This document shows, piece by piece, positions 1 to 11,193 of a DNA stretch of 64,000 bases; the stretch's first letter is position 1; the number at the start of each line of letters is the position of its first letter. The DNA lies in NCBI GenBank assembly GCA_021789975.1, contig JAJYIT010000009.1, positions 14,557 through 78,556 on the forward strand, given 5' to 3'. The translations under genes were made by a program, and so were the position numbers. Under the pieces are notes generated by a model that ran no database searches, was not told where the DNA came from, and saw nothing but the letters and a program-made list of their open reading frames with translations. Source of the DNA: Bacteroidota bacterium (lineage in GTDB: Bacteria; Bacteroidota; Ignavibacteria; Kryptoniales; JAKASW01).

Positions 1-1
1 T

Positions 2-1366
2 ATTAATAAAGCATGCGAGGATTTGGTCTGGGAATACAGGGATGCTGATTATGGTCTGGCGAGGATTGACTCCGTCACCTATGATTCACGAGACTCCGTA
101 CTCACATTGCGCATAAGCGAGGGGAAGATATCCGATATCTCTTTGAATGGGAACCGGGATGTGAGACCTTTCATAATCCGTAGGGAGTTTCCTTTGGGTG
201 TGAATCAGATTTTCACCACTAAGAAGGCGATCGAAGGGATCGACAACATTTACAGCACAAACCTTTTCAGCCAAGTTCTTCTCTGGACTCATTTTCAACC
301 AACGCCTTCGCTAACCATTGATGTAGCGGAGAAGAGCTCACGTCTAATGCGATTTGGATTTCGGGCAGACAACGAGCGAAACGGGCAGATCTATGCTTCT
401 CTATCAGACGATGACATTCTCGGAACGGGGACACGTGGTGGCTTCGCGTTTGCAGGCGGGTTGAGGAACAGACTCGGCGAAGTTTTCCTCGGGACTACAC
501 GGGTCTTTAATACCGAATTGACGTACAACCTTGATGCATTCACAGGATTTCGGGACGTTAGATATTACGTCGGGGAGCTGACTCAGGGTAATACGCGATT
601 ATGGACATTGAGCGACAGCGGAGAATACAGGATAATTAGAAGCGGTTATGATTTCTCCATAGGGACTCAGTTGAAACGCTTCGGAATGGTAAGTGCCACT
701 CTCAGCTATGGATGGGACAGGATAAGGGAGCTCCGAAATTTTGGTGAGAATTTCAGCGGCCGGATCGTATCGCTGAAGATAGGTTCTTACGTCGACACTC
801 GTGACAAGTCTGCATTTTCTAAATCTGGAATCCTGAGCGATGTCTATTTTGAGACTGCTCTTAAAGGACTCAACAGCGAAGTGACTTTTTCGAAGATCTT
901 TTTCGACTACGAAGCTTATCAGACAGTATTTTCTGATTTTACCTTCAAACAGCACTACGAATTCGGGTTCGGGAACAGCTCGCTCCCTTTGACCCGCCAG
1001 TTCAGTCTCGGAGGGCAGGACCTCTTCTTCGGTCTCCCGCTCGATGGGCTTGTCGGCAGGCAGATATTTCTCGTCAGCGCCGGATTGCGAGTGAAACTGC
1101 CGTTCAAGGTCTTCTTTGATACATATCTTGCGGGTCGTTTCGACATCGGAGATGTCTGGGCCGAGCAACAAAACATTGTCCTGCGGACACTAAAGCAGGG
1201 GATCGGGGGTACCCTGGGTTTCGAGACGCCAATCGGTCCGATCCAATTCAGCGCCGGAAAGGCATTCTATCCAGGTAAGGAAAAGAAAATCGAAGGGTTC
1301 TCGACACCCTGGGAATTTTACTTTAGAGTTGGAGTAGAGATTCCCAACGTGTCGACTCTGCAATGA
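2..1366 (+). CDS. Omp85/BamA-family outer-membrane protein, C-terminal part (5' end lies outside the window)
   Basis: The reading frame is open from position 2, with no stop upstream of the listed TTG at 23. A POTRA-like segment (LTLRISEGKISDISLNGN) is followed by a long Gly/aromatic-rich region of alternating beta-strand character, ending EFYFRVGVEI. This is typical of surface-antigen D15 barrels. Confidence 0.6.
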   Translation: MNKACEDLVWEYRDADYGLARIDSVTYDSRDSVLTLRISEGKISDISLNGNRDVRPFIIRREFPLGVNQIFTTKKAIEGIDNIYSTNLFSQVLLWTHFQPTPSLTIDVAEKSSRLMRFGFRADNERNGQIYASLSDDDILGTGTRGGFAFAGGLRNRLGEVFLGTTRVFNTELTYNLDAFTGFRDVRYYVGELTQGNTRLWTLSDSGEYRIIRSGYDFSIGTQLKRFGMVSATLSYGWDRIRELRNFGENFSGRIVSLKIGSYVDTRDKSAFSKSGILSDVYFETALKGLNSEVTFSKIFFDYEAYQTVFSDFTFKQHYEFGFGNSSLPLTRQFSLGGQDLFFGLPLDGLVGRQIFLVSAGLRVKLPFKVFFDTYLAGRFDIGDVWAEQQNIVLRTLKQGIGGTLGFETPIGPIQFSAGKAFYPGKEKKIEGFSTPWEFYFRVGVEIPNVSTLQ

Positions 1367-1396
1367 ATTAAACAAAATCAACTTTGGAGATTGAGA

Positions 1397-2677
1397 ATGA
1401 AAATCAAATCACTAGATGCAATTGAGATCCTCGATTCGAGAGGAAACCCGACCGTAGAAGTGGATATCTTGTTGGAAGATGGCACTCAGGCAAGAGCCAT
1501 GGTACCGAGCGGTGCCTCGACCGGCGAAAAGGAAGCGACCGAGCTTCGAGACGGAGACAAGAAACGTTTCGGCGGTAAAGGCGTAAAGAAAGCCGTCGAT
1601 AATGTAATCAGAAGAATTGCCCCCGAAGTAACAAAGCTGGAGTTTACCTCGCAGAAAGAATTGGATCATTTCCTTATTCAGCTTGATGGTACGCCTAACA
1701 AGTCTTCGCTTGGAGCGAACGCGACTCTTGGAGTATCGATGGCATACCTGCGCGCGTGTGCCGCTGGCGCCGGAGTGCCGCTGTACCAGTTCATCGGTGG
1801 AGTTAATGCGAGCCTGCTCCCGGTGCCCTGCATGAACATCATCAACGGCGGAAAGCATGCCGACAACAACGTCGACTTCCAGGAATTCATGATCGCACCG
1901 CACAATGCTCCGTCATTTGCTGAATCTATCAGAATGGGCGTCGAGGTGTTCCATACCCTGAAGGGTGTTCTTCACTCGAAAGGATTAAGCACCGGAGTAG
2001 GAGACGAAGGTGGTTTTGCCCCTGACCTGAAATCAAATGACGAAGCTGTAGAAGTAATATTAGAAGCCATCACAAAGGCGGGTTACAAGCCGGGCGATGA
2101 TGTAAGCATCTGCCTCGACCCGGCTTCGAGTGAGATGTGGGACAACGGAAAGTACCTGTTTTTCAAAAGTACGAAGACAACGAAGTCCAGTGATGAGATG
2201 ATAAAGTTATGGGAAAGCTGGGCCAAGCAATATCCGATAGTGTCGTTGGAGGACGGTCTTGCAGAGAACGATTGGGATGGCTGGGCCAGTCTTACGCGTG
2301 AGCTTGGAAAGAAGATTGAGCTGGTGGGCGACGACATCTTTTGTACTAACAAAGCCATACTTGCTCAGGCAATCGAGAAGAAGGTAGGCAACTCGATCTT
2401 AATCAAGCTGAATCAGATCGGAACAGTGACCGAGACGCTTGAGACTATAGACCTGGCATTTAAGAATGGCTACGGTGCCTTTGTGTCTCATCGAAGCGGT
2501 GAAACGGTGGATACTATTATCGCCGATCTTACCGTGGCTGTTAACGCCGGTCATCTGAAAACCGGAAGCGGTTGCCGCGGTGAACGCGTTGAAAAGTTTA
2601 ACCAGCTGATGAGGATTGAGAAGCACTTGGGAAGCGCCGCAGTCTTTGCCGGCAAGAAGGCTTTCAAGAACGTTTAG
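1397..2677 (+). CDS. eno: Enolase (phosphopyruvate hydratase)
   Basis: [38 protein letters not shown] and [10 protein letters not shown] motifs. GGAGA lies 6 nt upstream of ATG 1397. The track ORF starts at TTG 1391. Confidence 0.97.
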   Translation: MKIKSLDAIEILDSRGNPTVEVDILLEDGTQARAMVPSGASTGEKEATELRDGDKKRFGGKGVKKAVDNVIRRIAPEVTKLEFTSQKELDHFLIQLDGTPNKSSLGANATLGVSMAYLRACAAGAGVPLYQFIGGVNASLLPVPCMNIINGGKHADNNVDFQEFMIAPHNAPSFAESIRMGVEVFHTLKGVLHSKGLSTGVGDEGGFAPDLKSNDEAVEVILEAITKAGYKPGDDVSICLDPASSEMWDNGKYLFFKSTKTTKSSDEMIKLWESWAKQYPIVSLEDGLAENDWDGWASLTRELGKKIELVGDDIFCTNKAILAQAIEKKVGNSILIKLNQIGTVTETLETIDLAFKNGYGAFVSHRSGETVDTIIADLTVAVNAGHLKTGSGCRGERVEKFNQLMRIEKHLGSAAVFAGKKAFKNV

Positions 2678-2705
2678 ATTGTGATTGTCAGGACGCAGGT
2701 AAAGG

Positions 2706-3635
2706 TCAGCTTGCTTTACCTGCGCTCTTCGTCTGAAACCCGCCGAGTATTTTCTCTGACCACCCCCCGACAGAAAGTACGAGTGTAGCAACCAGAACGC
2801 CAGCTATCACATCCACTCCATAGTGATACCGCATATAGACGGTGGCGAAGATCAGCCCTATCCCCAGAGGTATGATTATCATTGCCGACTTGGCTCTGTA
2901 TTTCAATGCCGTCGCTATCGTAATCAGAGTCATCTCCGTGTGTCCGCTCGGGAAACAATCTCGCTGAGCGAGCGTCGCCGCCCTTGCCACATTTGTAATC
3001 GACTCTCCGGAATTGATGATGTTTCTCAGGATTGGAGTCAGGTACAAGCCCGGTAGCTGTTTGTTCAACATGGCGAAGTTGTAAAGAGTAAATCTCGGAC
3101 CAATAGCAGGCACAAAAAGGTATCCCACATAAGAAGCATAAAATCCAAGCATAAGCACGAACAGGAAATAGACAAATCCGCTCTCATTCTTATTCCTGAG
3201 AAGATCTATGCCCAAGATTATCCACAGAAGGTAGAAACTACTGTAGCAGATCTGAAGAAATTCAGTCAGACCCGGCGTCGCGATCCTGTCAAGGACATGC
3301 GTGGGATCACCTCCGAAAATGAGCCTGTCGAGTCTGATCAAAAGGTAGTCAAGATCTTGTGGGTGGATGGGGTGGACCATGAGATACATCTCTTTGAAGG
3401 TGACAAAGATCAGCGGCATGGTGTACCACTGTGAGATGAACTTCAGAATCCCGCTTCTCTTCCTTTGTTCGAAAGTACGCAGGGCGACCAACGCGATCAT
3501 TGTCAGCGCATTGATGCCGACTATCAAGAGAAAAGCGTTGACCCTGGTATGGAAGACCACCACAACGATGGCGATGGCAGACAGGCCTATCAGGTTGAGC
3601 CTATCCAACGGCCTTAAACTGCGAAAATCAAACAT
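2706..3635 (-). CDS. PAP2-family membrane phosphatase
   Basis: Multi-TM protein with the PAP2 motifs CFPSGHT and MRYHYGVD near the C-terminus. The start is uncertain: ATG at 3635 gives an 8-nt overlap with the rsmA stop, while the longest ORF extends to 3692. Confidence 0.7.
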   Translation of the reverse strand: MFDFRSLRPLDRLNLIGLSAIAIVVVVFHTRVNAFLLIVGINALTMIALVALRTFEQRKRSGILKFISQWYTMPLIFVTFKEMYLMVHPIHPQDLDYLLIRLDRLIFGGDPTHVLDRIATPGLTEFLQICYSSFYLLWIILGIDLLRNKNESGFVYFLFVLMLGFYASYVGYLFVPAIGPRFTLYNFAMLNKQLPGLYLTPILRNIINSGESITNVARAATLAQRDCFPSGHTEMTLITIATALKYRAKSAMIIIPLGIGLIFATVYMRYHYGVDVIAGVLVATLVLSVGGWSEKILGGFQTKSAGKAS

Positions 3636-4449
3636 GGTTCCTGAGTATTTTGAAAATTGAATATATGTCTGCGGGTCCAAAAGTTTCGACACGATTCGTC
3701 AGGAATCTTGGGTCGAGCAGTGCAACAGACTCTTTTCCGAAAAAGTGCGTTGTGAAATGTCTGAACATCTTTCTCCGCATTGAGAAAGCAAGCTTAACGA
3801 ATCTAACGAAATCCTTTTCGTTCTCAAGAGGGTTGCGATCTTTGAATGTAATTTTCACAACTCGCGAATCTACATTGGGCCGGGGTTCAAAGCAATTGCG
3901 GCTGACTCTGAATAGTTTCTCGACTTCAGCAACGAGCTGTAGCCTTACGGATAACGCTCCATATTGCTTTGTCCCGACGTCGGCAGCGAGCCTCTGCGCT
4001 ACCTCCTCCTGTACCATGATTACTGCAAAATCTATGTTCCTCCTTTCATCGACAACTCTGGACACTATTTCGCTTGTTAAGTTGTACGGTATATTGCCGA
4101 CTACTTTCATTCTTGCAAGAGAGGTCGGGAAGGACACTTGGAGGAAGTCGCCATGTATCAGCCTGACATTCGGAGTATCTTTAAGCCGGTCCGACAAGTA
4201 AGCATACAGATCAGAATCCTTCTCAACCGCCTGAAGTGTACATCCGGATTCGGCGATCATGCTTGTGAGGGCGCCACGGCCCGGCCCTATCTCGAGCACA
4301 GAGGAGGACTCGGACAACTGCAGTGCTTCGATAATCTTGCGCACTATATTTGCATCAGTTAAGAAATTTTGCCCCAGGGATTTTTTTGCGCGGTAATGTG
4401 ATTCCCTCTGTAGCTGTCCGGTGCGGGAATAGAGTTTCTTGACGGTCAC
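3628..4449 (-). CDS. rsmA: 16S rRNA (adenine1518/1519-N6)-dimethyltransferase
   Basis: KKSLGQNFL, SAM-binding VLEIGPGRGALT and GNIPYN motifs. 273 aa. Confidence 0.9.
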   Translation of the reverse strand: MTVKKLYSRTGQLQRESHYRAKKSLGQNFLTDANIVRKIIEALQLSESSSVLEIGPGRGALTSMIAESGCTLQAVEKDSDLYAYLSDRLKDTPNVRLIHGDFLQVSFPTSLARMKVVGNIPYNLTSEIVSRVVDERRNIDFAVIMVQEEVAQRLAADVGTKQYGALSVRLQLVAEVEKLFRVSRNCFEPRPNVDSRVVKITFKDRNPLENEKDFVRFVKLAFSMRRKMFRHFTTHFFGKESVALLDPRFLTNRVETFGPADIYSIFKILRNHV

Positions 4450-6857
4450 TTCTGAGATAGGAATCCGTTTGATCCGAACAGGCCTGTCTGAGCCACAGTT
4501 CCGTTAAGAGACACAATTGTGAACCGTGCATCACTCGTGGTACCACCGGCAACTAGACCGAGCATCAGGCTTCCACTTTTACCGAGGTTCAAATCGGGAT
4601 AACTGTGTCTGAGATAGTGAAACATGTCGAGACTTGTAGGTGGGATAACTTTCATGGCGAGCTTGTAATCGAGCGTGCCGTCAAAGCCGTGCCATCCCGC
4701 CAGAGTGAAACTCAGCGGTGAGCCTCGCGCGGTAAATCTATCGAAATAAATCCTTCCGTCGGCAATTTGGATAGTCACAGATGCTTTGTCCACTTGTATG
4801 GAGTCCATGCCCGTAGATCCCAAATAGTTGAAAAGTTTGTTGAGCACGGAATAATTGTCGATTGCGGCATCTGTCACAGTCATCCGTCCCCTACCGCCAA
4901 GTGTCGCGAGGTCCACTCTTCCCGAATCATCAAGGACACCGTTCAAAGAGATGTTTCCGACGCCGCTGCCTCCGGAGAGATCGATGTTGCCAAGGTACTT
5001 GCGCAAAAGCCCTCCAAAGTGCGGTGTGACAACCGAAGTTCTTAAACTGAAAGTCGTCCTGGTTTCCTGGCTGTAATCGGTCCATCCGGAAACACTGAAC
5101 GTCCCGTCTTGCGAGGTATACCGCAACCGGTTTATGCGAACGAAATAATCAAGAAGATGTACCGTTCCCGAGACGTCAGACAGGGTGTCAGATTGAGAGA
5201 CAAACTTTCCGATTTTCAGATTGAGAGAAACGTTAGCCGAGGGGATCCACGCGAGAGACTCTCTTCCTAGATTCAAATTCAAGTGAGGCAACATCCCAAT
5301 CGTACTGAAAGTCCTGCTAACTGCAGCAAGTCTTAAGGTCGGAGTTTCACTCTTCACACCTAAGAATATGTTCTGGTAATCTTTAAATGCACCGGAGAGG
5401 GACATGTCAGTTCCGCCGAGTCGAATCGATAGATTCTTGAAAGTCGCAAGGTTGTTAAACAATGAGACCGAGCCGTTGAATTCTCCCCGATAGAGTGTGT
5501 CAATGCCGATGGGTATTTGAATCATGGCTCTCGAAAAGGTGATTTTCCCGTGCGCATTAACCTGGTTCGCATTGACGTTATAGTTGAGGTTGCAATCTGC
5601 GGTCAAACCGCCCGAGAGCCTGTCCTGCCCCGAAATGCCGAGGTCGGCAGCTATTTTTGCGAAGTCCACATTTACAAACGCGTGCGCATATGATATGCTT
5701 CCCTGTACCACCCTGAATCCGAGTGAGGCGAAGTTGTCGTTAAGACTTGCGCGCGGCATGTAAAAGCTGACGACGGATGAATCGTTTCTTGCTCTATACC
5801 TTGCGGACAAACTGCCGATAGAAAGCGAATCTCCCGAACGCGCCTTAGCGCTTACACCCTTTAAGGCGAAGAGAACATTCCAATTGCTGGTTGCGGTGTG
5901 TCGCTCGTAGTGCATTTCGATTGCGAGGTGACCTTTAATCGAGTTCGGTCTTACCACATCCTTTATTGACTGAGGAAGGAGAGGGTAAAGACTCTTGACA
6001 CTGGAATCTACATTTGCCGCATAAACCCGGATCGAGGTTGTAGGGTAGAAAGAAAGATCAACGGAAGAACGGAATCCAATGCCGAAAAGGGAATTACGGT
6101 CCGACTCAATCCTAAGCCAATTGTGTCTCTTGTCGTAATCCAATTTCGCATTGACGGTGATAGGGCTTCCGCTGAACAGCTCGGAATTTCCTCGCCAGTA
6201 TTCGAAACTACCCGCCCTGATCTTTGAGTCCAGCAGGAGCTTGTCTTCTTCAACGATAGTTCTTATTCGTGACGTAACATCTACGTTTAGAAACTTTAGC
6301 GAAGTCCCGGACCGATCAGTATACCAGATCAGACTTCCGTTTGAGACTTCAAAGTTCGAGAGCAATAGACTTGACAAGGACCCTCCCGGATTCGGTGCGT
6401 CTCTGTAGTATGAACTGCTCAGGAGACGATCTGTATTCAATCTGCCGAGGGCGTTTTGTTCTATGTAAATGGTTGGCGAGTAGAAAATAATATTGTTTAT
6501 TTCGAGCCGGTTCTTCAGAAGGGGAAGAATCTTCGCGTCTATCACGACTGATTTTGCGTCCAGAAGATATGGGCTCTCGAACCTTCCGGACGAAGGATTT
6601 GAGATACGGAATCCTGTGATTCTTATCCCGATAGTGGGAAACAAGGAAAGCTCAACGCCTTTTGCAGATACTTCTCTGTTTAATATCTGGCTGATTTTTG
6701 GAAGAACAAGAGCGGTAAGTCGGTCGCTGCTGAAAACCACCTTTGAAATGATTATGGTGGCAACGATGACAATCCCGACAATAGAAGCTATGATCCGTAC
6801 AATTCTTGATCTTGATTTCATCTCTGAAAATATATGTTTCGCGGCGTCCATTATCAA
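4446..6857 (-). CDS. AsmA-family outer-membrane biogenesis protein
   Basis: 803 aa with a single N-terminal TM helix (IVRIIASIVGIVIVATIII). The rest is a long beta-rich, low-complexity body with an AsmA-like N-terminal pattern (VSAKGVELSLFPTIGIRITGFRISNP). There is a 4-nt overlap with rsmA. Confidence 0.6.
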   Translation of the reverse strand: MIMDAAKHIFSEMKSRSRIVRIIASIVGIVIVATIIISKVVFSSDRLTALVLPKISQILNREVSAKGVELSLFPTIGIRITGFRISNPSSGRFESPYLLDAKSVVIDAKILPLLKNRLEINNIIFYSPTIYIEQNALGRLNTDRLLSSSYYRDAPNPGGSLSSLLLSNFEVSNGSLIWYTDRSGTSLKFLNVDVTSRIRTIVEEDKLLLDSKIRAGSFEYWRGNSELFSGSPITVNAKLDYDKRHNWLRIESDRNSLFGIGFRSSVDLSFYPTTSIRVYAANVDSSVKSLYPLLPQSIKDVVRPNSIKGHLAIEMHYERHTATSNWNVLFALKGVSAKARSGDSLSIGSLSARYRARNDSSVVSFYMPRASLNDNFASLGFRVVQGSISYAHAFVNVDFAKIAADLGISGQDRLSGGLTADCNLNYNVNANQVNAHGKITFSRAMIQIPIGIDTLYRGEFNGSVSLFNNLATFKNLSIRLGGTDMSLSGAFKDYQNIFLGVKSETPTLRLAAVSRTFSTIGMLPHLNLNLGRESLAWIPSANVSLNLKIGKFVSQSDTLSDVSGTVHLLDYFVRINRLRYTSQDGTFSVSGWTDYSQETRTTFSLRTSVVTPHFGGLLRKYLGNIDLSGGSGVGNISLNGVLDDSGRVDLATLGGRGRMTVTDAAIDNYSVLNKLFNYLGSTGMDSIQVDKASVTIQIADGRIYFDRFTARGSPLSFTLAGWHGFDGTLDYKLAMKVIPPTSLDMFHYLRHSYPDLNLGKSGSLMLGLVAGGTTSDARFTIVSLNGTVAQTGLFGSNGFLSQK

Positions 6858-7149
6858 TTTGTCGTATCACGGGGTATCGGCAATTCCCCAATAATCGCAA
6901 ACAGGACGCATCGAGAACGTGTCATCTGATGCTTCGTCGCCGGAACGCTCCCTGGTCTCACTTCGGGCACATGGCTATATCATCTCCATGAAAACGATTT
7001 AGGAATTTTCGATTTGATCTACGGTTTCACAGGGTAGAACGAATGGATCGAGCTCCGCACGATCGCCTGTTCAAGATTGTCCCCTTTCGAGCGGGAAGGG
7101 AGACGACAATAGTGATTGGAAAGATGTCGAATGCGAATTATTTTTAGAA

Positions 7150-7791
7150 GTGTTAATTGTTTTCGAAGGAATTGACGGTAGTGGTAAGACAACCCAGGCT
7201 GAGCTTCTGTCCAAACGTCTTGAAAAGGAAGGGGTGTTAAACGAGATCTTGCGAGAGCCCGGAGGGACCAGAGTAGGAGAGGGGATAAGGGATCTCCTTC
7301 TGCATAGAAAGGACCTGGAAATCGATCCGGTCACTGAATTCCTCCTCTTTAGCGCCAGCAGGGCACAACTTGTCCGGGAAAAAATTTTGCGCTTGGCTGG
7401 TTTGGGCAGACTGGTCATTCTGGATAGATACTTCTATTCATCAATAGCGTATCAAAGTTTCGGTAGAGGCTTGTCGGTCGACGACGTGGAGACGATAAGT
7501 AAGTTTGCCACAGAGGAGATGGCGCCGGATATCGTGTTCCTGGTTATGGTTGACGCAAAGACGGCTGCGGCGCGGATGCGAAATGGAAGGCGATCCGCGG
7601 ACCGGATGGAGGATGTCAACATAGATTTCCTCCAGAGAGTTTCCGACGGATTTTTATATTGTGCGAGGAAGGAACCCCGCCGCTTTGTAATCGTTGATGG
7701 AGAAGAACCGGCTGACGTAATCTCTGATGGGATCTTCGGTCAGGTTATGAAAAGAATTAGACAGGTAACGGAGGAGAAAAATGCGACGTAG
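7150..7791 (+). CDS. tmk: Thymidylate kinase
   Basis: P-loop FEGIDGSGKTTQ and DRYFYSSIAYQ motif. GTG start. Confidence 0.92.
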   Translation: MLIVFEGIDGSGKTTQAELLSKRLEKEGVLNEILREPGGTRVGEGIRDLLLHRKDLEIDPVTEFLLFSASRAQLVREKILRLAGLGRLVILDRYFYSSIAYQSFGRGLSVDDVETISKFATEEMAPDIVFLVMVDAKTAAARMRNGRRSADRMEDVNIDFLQRVSDGFLYCARKEPRRFVIVDGEEPADVISDGIFGQVMKRIRQVTEEKNAT

Positions 7792-9430
7792 CGTCGTAGT
7801 GATTTTGACAGTTTTGCTGATCGGAACGAGTATCGGATTTATCACAATGCGTGAGAGCGATACTTTCTTCCAGGTTCGGAGAAGTATCGATTTGTTCGGC
7901 GCCGTGTACAAAGATGTGATCGAAGATTATGTTGATCCCGTGCCACCCGAACAGATCATGAGAAAAGGGATCGATGCAATGCTGGCATCCCTTGATCCGT
8001 ATACTGTATATATGGATCAGCAGAATAGTGGTGAGATTAATTTGCTAACCACCGGTAAGTATGGAGGTATTGGAGTTTCTATCAGTTCCTCTAACGGAAA
8101 AGTGATCATAACCGGTGTGTTTGATGGCTACAGTGCCCAAAGGCAGGGCTTGAGAATTGGCGATCAGATCTTGACGATTGATAGTGTCGAGGTGAGTTCG
8201 CTGAAGGTTGATGCCGTAAGTAACATGATTCGCGGAGAACCGGGAACTCAGGTCACATTGACGATTAAAAGGGAGGGTGAAGAAAAACCGTTCAAGGTTG
8301 TACTTGTAAGATCCGAAGTAAGGTTAAAGTCGGTCTCGTACTACGGGCTGATCGACTCCAACATTGCGTTCATTAAGCTGGACCAATTTTCTCGCGGTTC
8401 CGATCAGGAAGTGAAAGACGCTTTGACCGATCTTATGTCCAGGACCAATCTCAAGGGCATTATTCTCGATTTGCGGAACAATCCCGGAGGTTTGCTGGAA
8501 GATGCGGTGAATATTGCCGAGCTGTTTGTACCTAAAGGAAGTCTCATCGTGATGACTAAAGGGAGAAACGCGGCAGCCGATAAGCGATATGTGTCTGACA
8601 AAGAACCGCTTGCCCCAAACGTACCGATGACAGTCCTGGTGAATGGCAACAGTGCCAGCGCAAGCGAAATAGTGACCGGCGCACTCCAGGATTTGGACAG
8701 GGCCATAGTTGTCGGCACGAATTCCTTCGGCAAGGGGCTGGTACAGACCATACTTCCACTCGGCTATGACGCGCAGCTAAAGATCACCACTGCAAAATAC
8801 TATACACCTAGTGGTAGATGCATTCAGAAAATCAGCTACGGCAAGGAACGAGACGGCGAAAATCCAATCACCCCGGATAGTCTCCGGCAGGAATTCCATA
8901 CTCTCGACGGCAGACCAGTATATGCGTCCGGTGGTATTGCACCTGATTCCACAATTGCCGAATGGAGACCGTCTGACTATGTAGTCCAGCTAATGAGAGG
9001 CGGCTACTTTTTCAATTTTGCCACAGACTTTAGGTCGCAGCACGATTCAATACCCCCGGATTTTATTGCCGGAAAGAACGTCCTCGATCAGTTCCACCAG
9101 TACATCGAAAAGAAAAACTTTACCTACAAATCGCATCTTGCGGAACTTCTCGGCGATGCCTACAATCTTGCGGAAAAGTCCAATTACAGTTCGGAAATCG
9201 ACAAGAAGATTGTCTCCACGTCCGACCTGATTAGGGAATACGAGAGAGGGATGTTCGAGAAAAATGAAAAGGAAATCTCGGAGTTGTTGACGACCGAGAT
9301 CGTCGGAAGATATTGGGGGAATGCCGCCCAGACTAAGGCATTTCTGAAATATGACAACCAGGTCGAAGCAGCGATCTCGATTCTCGATAGACGCAGCCTC
9401 TACCGACAGCTCCTTGGCTTCACGCATTGA
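7781..9430 (+). CDS. S41-family C-terminal processing peptidase with PDZ domain
   Basis: N-terminal TM/signal segment, PDZ-like GLRIGDQILTIDSVEV, and S41 catalytic region NGNSASASEIVTGALQD...GKGLVQ. GGAGGAG RBS upstream of ATG 7781. 11-nt overlap with tmk. Confidence 0.85.
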   Translation: MRRSVVVILTVLLIGTSIGFITMRESDTFFQVRRSIDLFGAVYKDVIEDYVDPVPPEQIMRKGIDAMLASLDPYTVYMDQQNSGEINLLTTGKYGGIGVSISSSNGKVIITGVFDGYSAQRQGLRIGDQILTIDSVEVSSLKVDAVSNMIRGEPGTQVTLTIKREGEEKPFKVVLVRSEVRLKSVSYYGLIDSNIAFIKLDQFSRGSDQEVKDALTDLMSRTNLKGIILDLRNNPGGLLEDAVNIAELFVPKGSLIVMTKGRNAAADKRYVSDKEPLAPNVPMTVLVNGNSASASEIVTGALQDLDRAIVVGTNSFGKGLVQTILPLGYDAQLKITTAKYYTPSGRCIQKISYGKERDGENPITPDSLRQEFHTLDGRPVYASGGIAPDSTIAEWRPSDYVVQLMRGGYFFNFATDFRSQHDSIPPDFIAGKNVLDQFHQYIEKKNFTYKSHLAELLGDAYNLAEKSNYSSEIDKKIVSTSDLIREYERGMFEKNEKEISELLTTEIVGRYWGNAAQTKAFLKYDNQVEAAISILDRRSLYRQLLGFTH

Positions 9431-9483
9431 TTATACGTCGGTCTTCTTTTAACTTTTTGAGTAAAACAAAGGAAATTCAATAG

Positions 9484-10635
9484 ATGTCAAACCCGGCACC
9501 CGCAGGAGAAGTACCAGCATCGTTTTCAAAGGGTTTGGACGGAATAATAGCCGGCCAGTCGTCAATATGTTTCATAGATGGAAAGAAGGGAGAGCTTGTA
9601 TATCGGGGAATAAACGTCGACGAGCTCGCCGGAAATGCTACATTTGAAGATGTCGTCTATTTGTTGTGGCATGGGACGCTTCCCAAGAAAGATGAGCTGG
9701 CCAGACTTCAAAAGGATCTTGGTGCCAGTCGGCATTTGCCGGAAAATGTGATCGCGTTTCTTAGATCGGTTCCCAATAAAGCGAATCCCATGGATGTCCT
9801 CCGGACTGCTGTTTCTCTGCTGGGATTGTATGACCAGGAACCGGGTGACAACTCAGTTGAAGCCAACTGGAGAAAGTCCCTCAGGATCGTTGCGCAGTTG
9901 CCTACCGTGGTGGCAAATTTTCACACCGCAAGACATAATGGTGATTGTCTAAAACCGGACCCGAAGCTGGGACATTCCGCGAATTTTCTTTACATGTTGA
10001 ACGGCGTTGAGCCGGGAGAAATGGCCGTTAAGACATTCGATTGTGCATTGGTACTTCATGCCGATCACGAATTCAACGCCTCGACTTTCTCCGCGCGCGT
10101 TACCGCTGCGACTCTTTCCGATATGTATTCGGCAATCACTTCAGCCGTCGGGACACTTAAAGGGCCCCTGCACGGAGGTGCCAACGAAAATGTCATGAAC
10201 ATGCTTTTGGAGATAAAGACAATCAAGAATGTAGAGCCTTATCTTCAAAAGCTGTTCGCGGCGAAGAAGAAAGTGCCTGGATTCGGACACCGCGTTTATA
10301 AAGTGGAAGATCCACGCGCAAAACACCTCAGGAAATTTTCAAAGCAACTGGGAGAGACGATCGGAAACTTAAAATGGTACGAGATTTCTGAAAAGATCGA
10401 AGAATACGTCAAGCGCGAGAAGGGTCTCCAACCCAATGTGGATTTCTATTCGGCATCGACTTATCACTATCTCGGAATTTCGATAGATCTTTTTACACCG
10501 ATATTTGCTATAAGCAGAGCTGCAGGATGGACGGCGCATGTAATGGAGCAGTTCTCGGACAACCGGTTGATCCGACCGATATCCGAATATGCCGGACCAC
10601 ACGGTGTACATTTTGTTCCGCTAGACAAAAGATGA
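9484..10635 (+). CDS. gltA: Citrate synthase (short ~380-aa type). A 2-methylcitrate synthase cannot be excluded from sequence alone.
   Basis: HADHEFNASTF and GFGHRVYKVEDPRA signatures. Located near icd. Confidence 0.85.
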   Translation: MSNPAPAGEVPASFSKGLDGIIAGQSSICFIDGKKGELVYRGINVDELAGNATFEDVVYLLWHGTLPKKDELARLQKDLGASRHLPENVIAFLRSVPNKANPMDVLRTAVSLLGLYDQEPGDNSVEANWRKSLRIVAQLPTVVANFHTARHNGDCLKPDPKLGHSANFLYMLNGVEPGEMAVKTFDCALVLHADHEFNASTFSARVTAATLSDMYSAITSAVGTLKGPLHGGANENVMNMLLEIKTIKNVEPYLQKLFAAKKKVPGFGHRVYKVEDPRAKHLRKFSKQLGETIGNLKWYEISEKIEEYVKREKGLQPNVDFYSASTYHYLGISIDLFTPIFAISRAAGWTAHVMEQFSDNRLIRPISEYAGPHGVHFVPLDKR

Positions 10636-10755
10636 TTTGCCCGGGCAGATCCGGATTTGTAAGGCGGATTTTTAGTAGAAGCCTTCGGTCCGGTGAATAT
10701 CGCCCGAAGCAAGTATCGAACATGTAAATCCGCACCGGTCAGTAAGTCAAAAGAA

Positions 10756-11193
10756 ATGTCTTGCCCTTTTTGTGACATAATCAGGAGAGAGGCGTATGCT
10801 CAGATTCTTTTTGAGACACCTCTAAGCATAGCTTTTCTGGATGTCAAGCCGATTAACTTCGGGCACACGCTCGTCGTTTCGAAGAAACACTTTACCGGTT
10901 TGCTGGAGTTACCTCAGGACTCATATGAGGATGTAACTCGAACGCTAAGAGTTGTTGCCGAAGCAATTGTCGATGCGTTCCAGCCGGCCGGTTTTAATAT
11001 TTTCAACAACAACGGGGCCGCAGCAGGTCAATCAGTTTTTCATTTTCATTTTCATGTGGCGCCGAGATACAATGAAGACGGTCTTAAGATAAGGCCATAT
11101 TTTAAGATTTATGATTCCCCTGAGCAAATGGCAGAGTACGCGAAAAGGATTCGCGACAAGATAGATTTAAAAGAAAAATCAGGAGAACAATAA
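10756..11193 (+). CDS. HIT-family (histidine triad) nucleotide hydrolase/transferase
   Basis: Histidine triad HFHFHVAPR and N-terminal CPFCDI. ATG 10756 was chosen over the longer TTG/ATG-extended ORF starting at 10693. Confidence 0.85.
   Translation: MSCPFCDIIRREAYAQILFETPLSIAFLDVKPINFGHTLVVSKKHFTGLLELPQDSYEDVTRTLRVVAEAIVDAFQPAGFNIFNNNGAAAGQSVFHFHFHVAPRYNEDGLKIRPYFKIYDSPEQMAEYAKRIRDKIDLKEKSGEQ

Noticed and set aside
599-1171. A 190-aa minus-strand ORF.
   Set aside because: It is antisense to the Omp85-family CDS and has no motifs. The plus-strand frame has clear family features.
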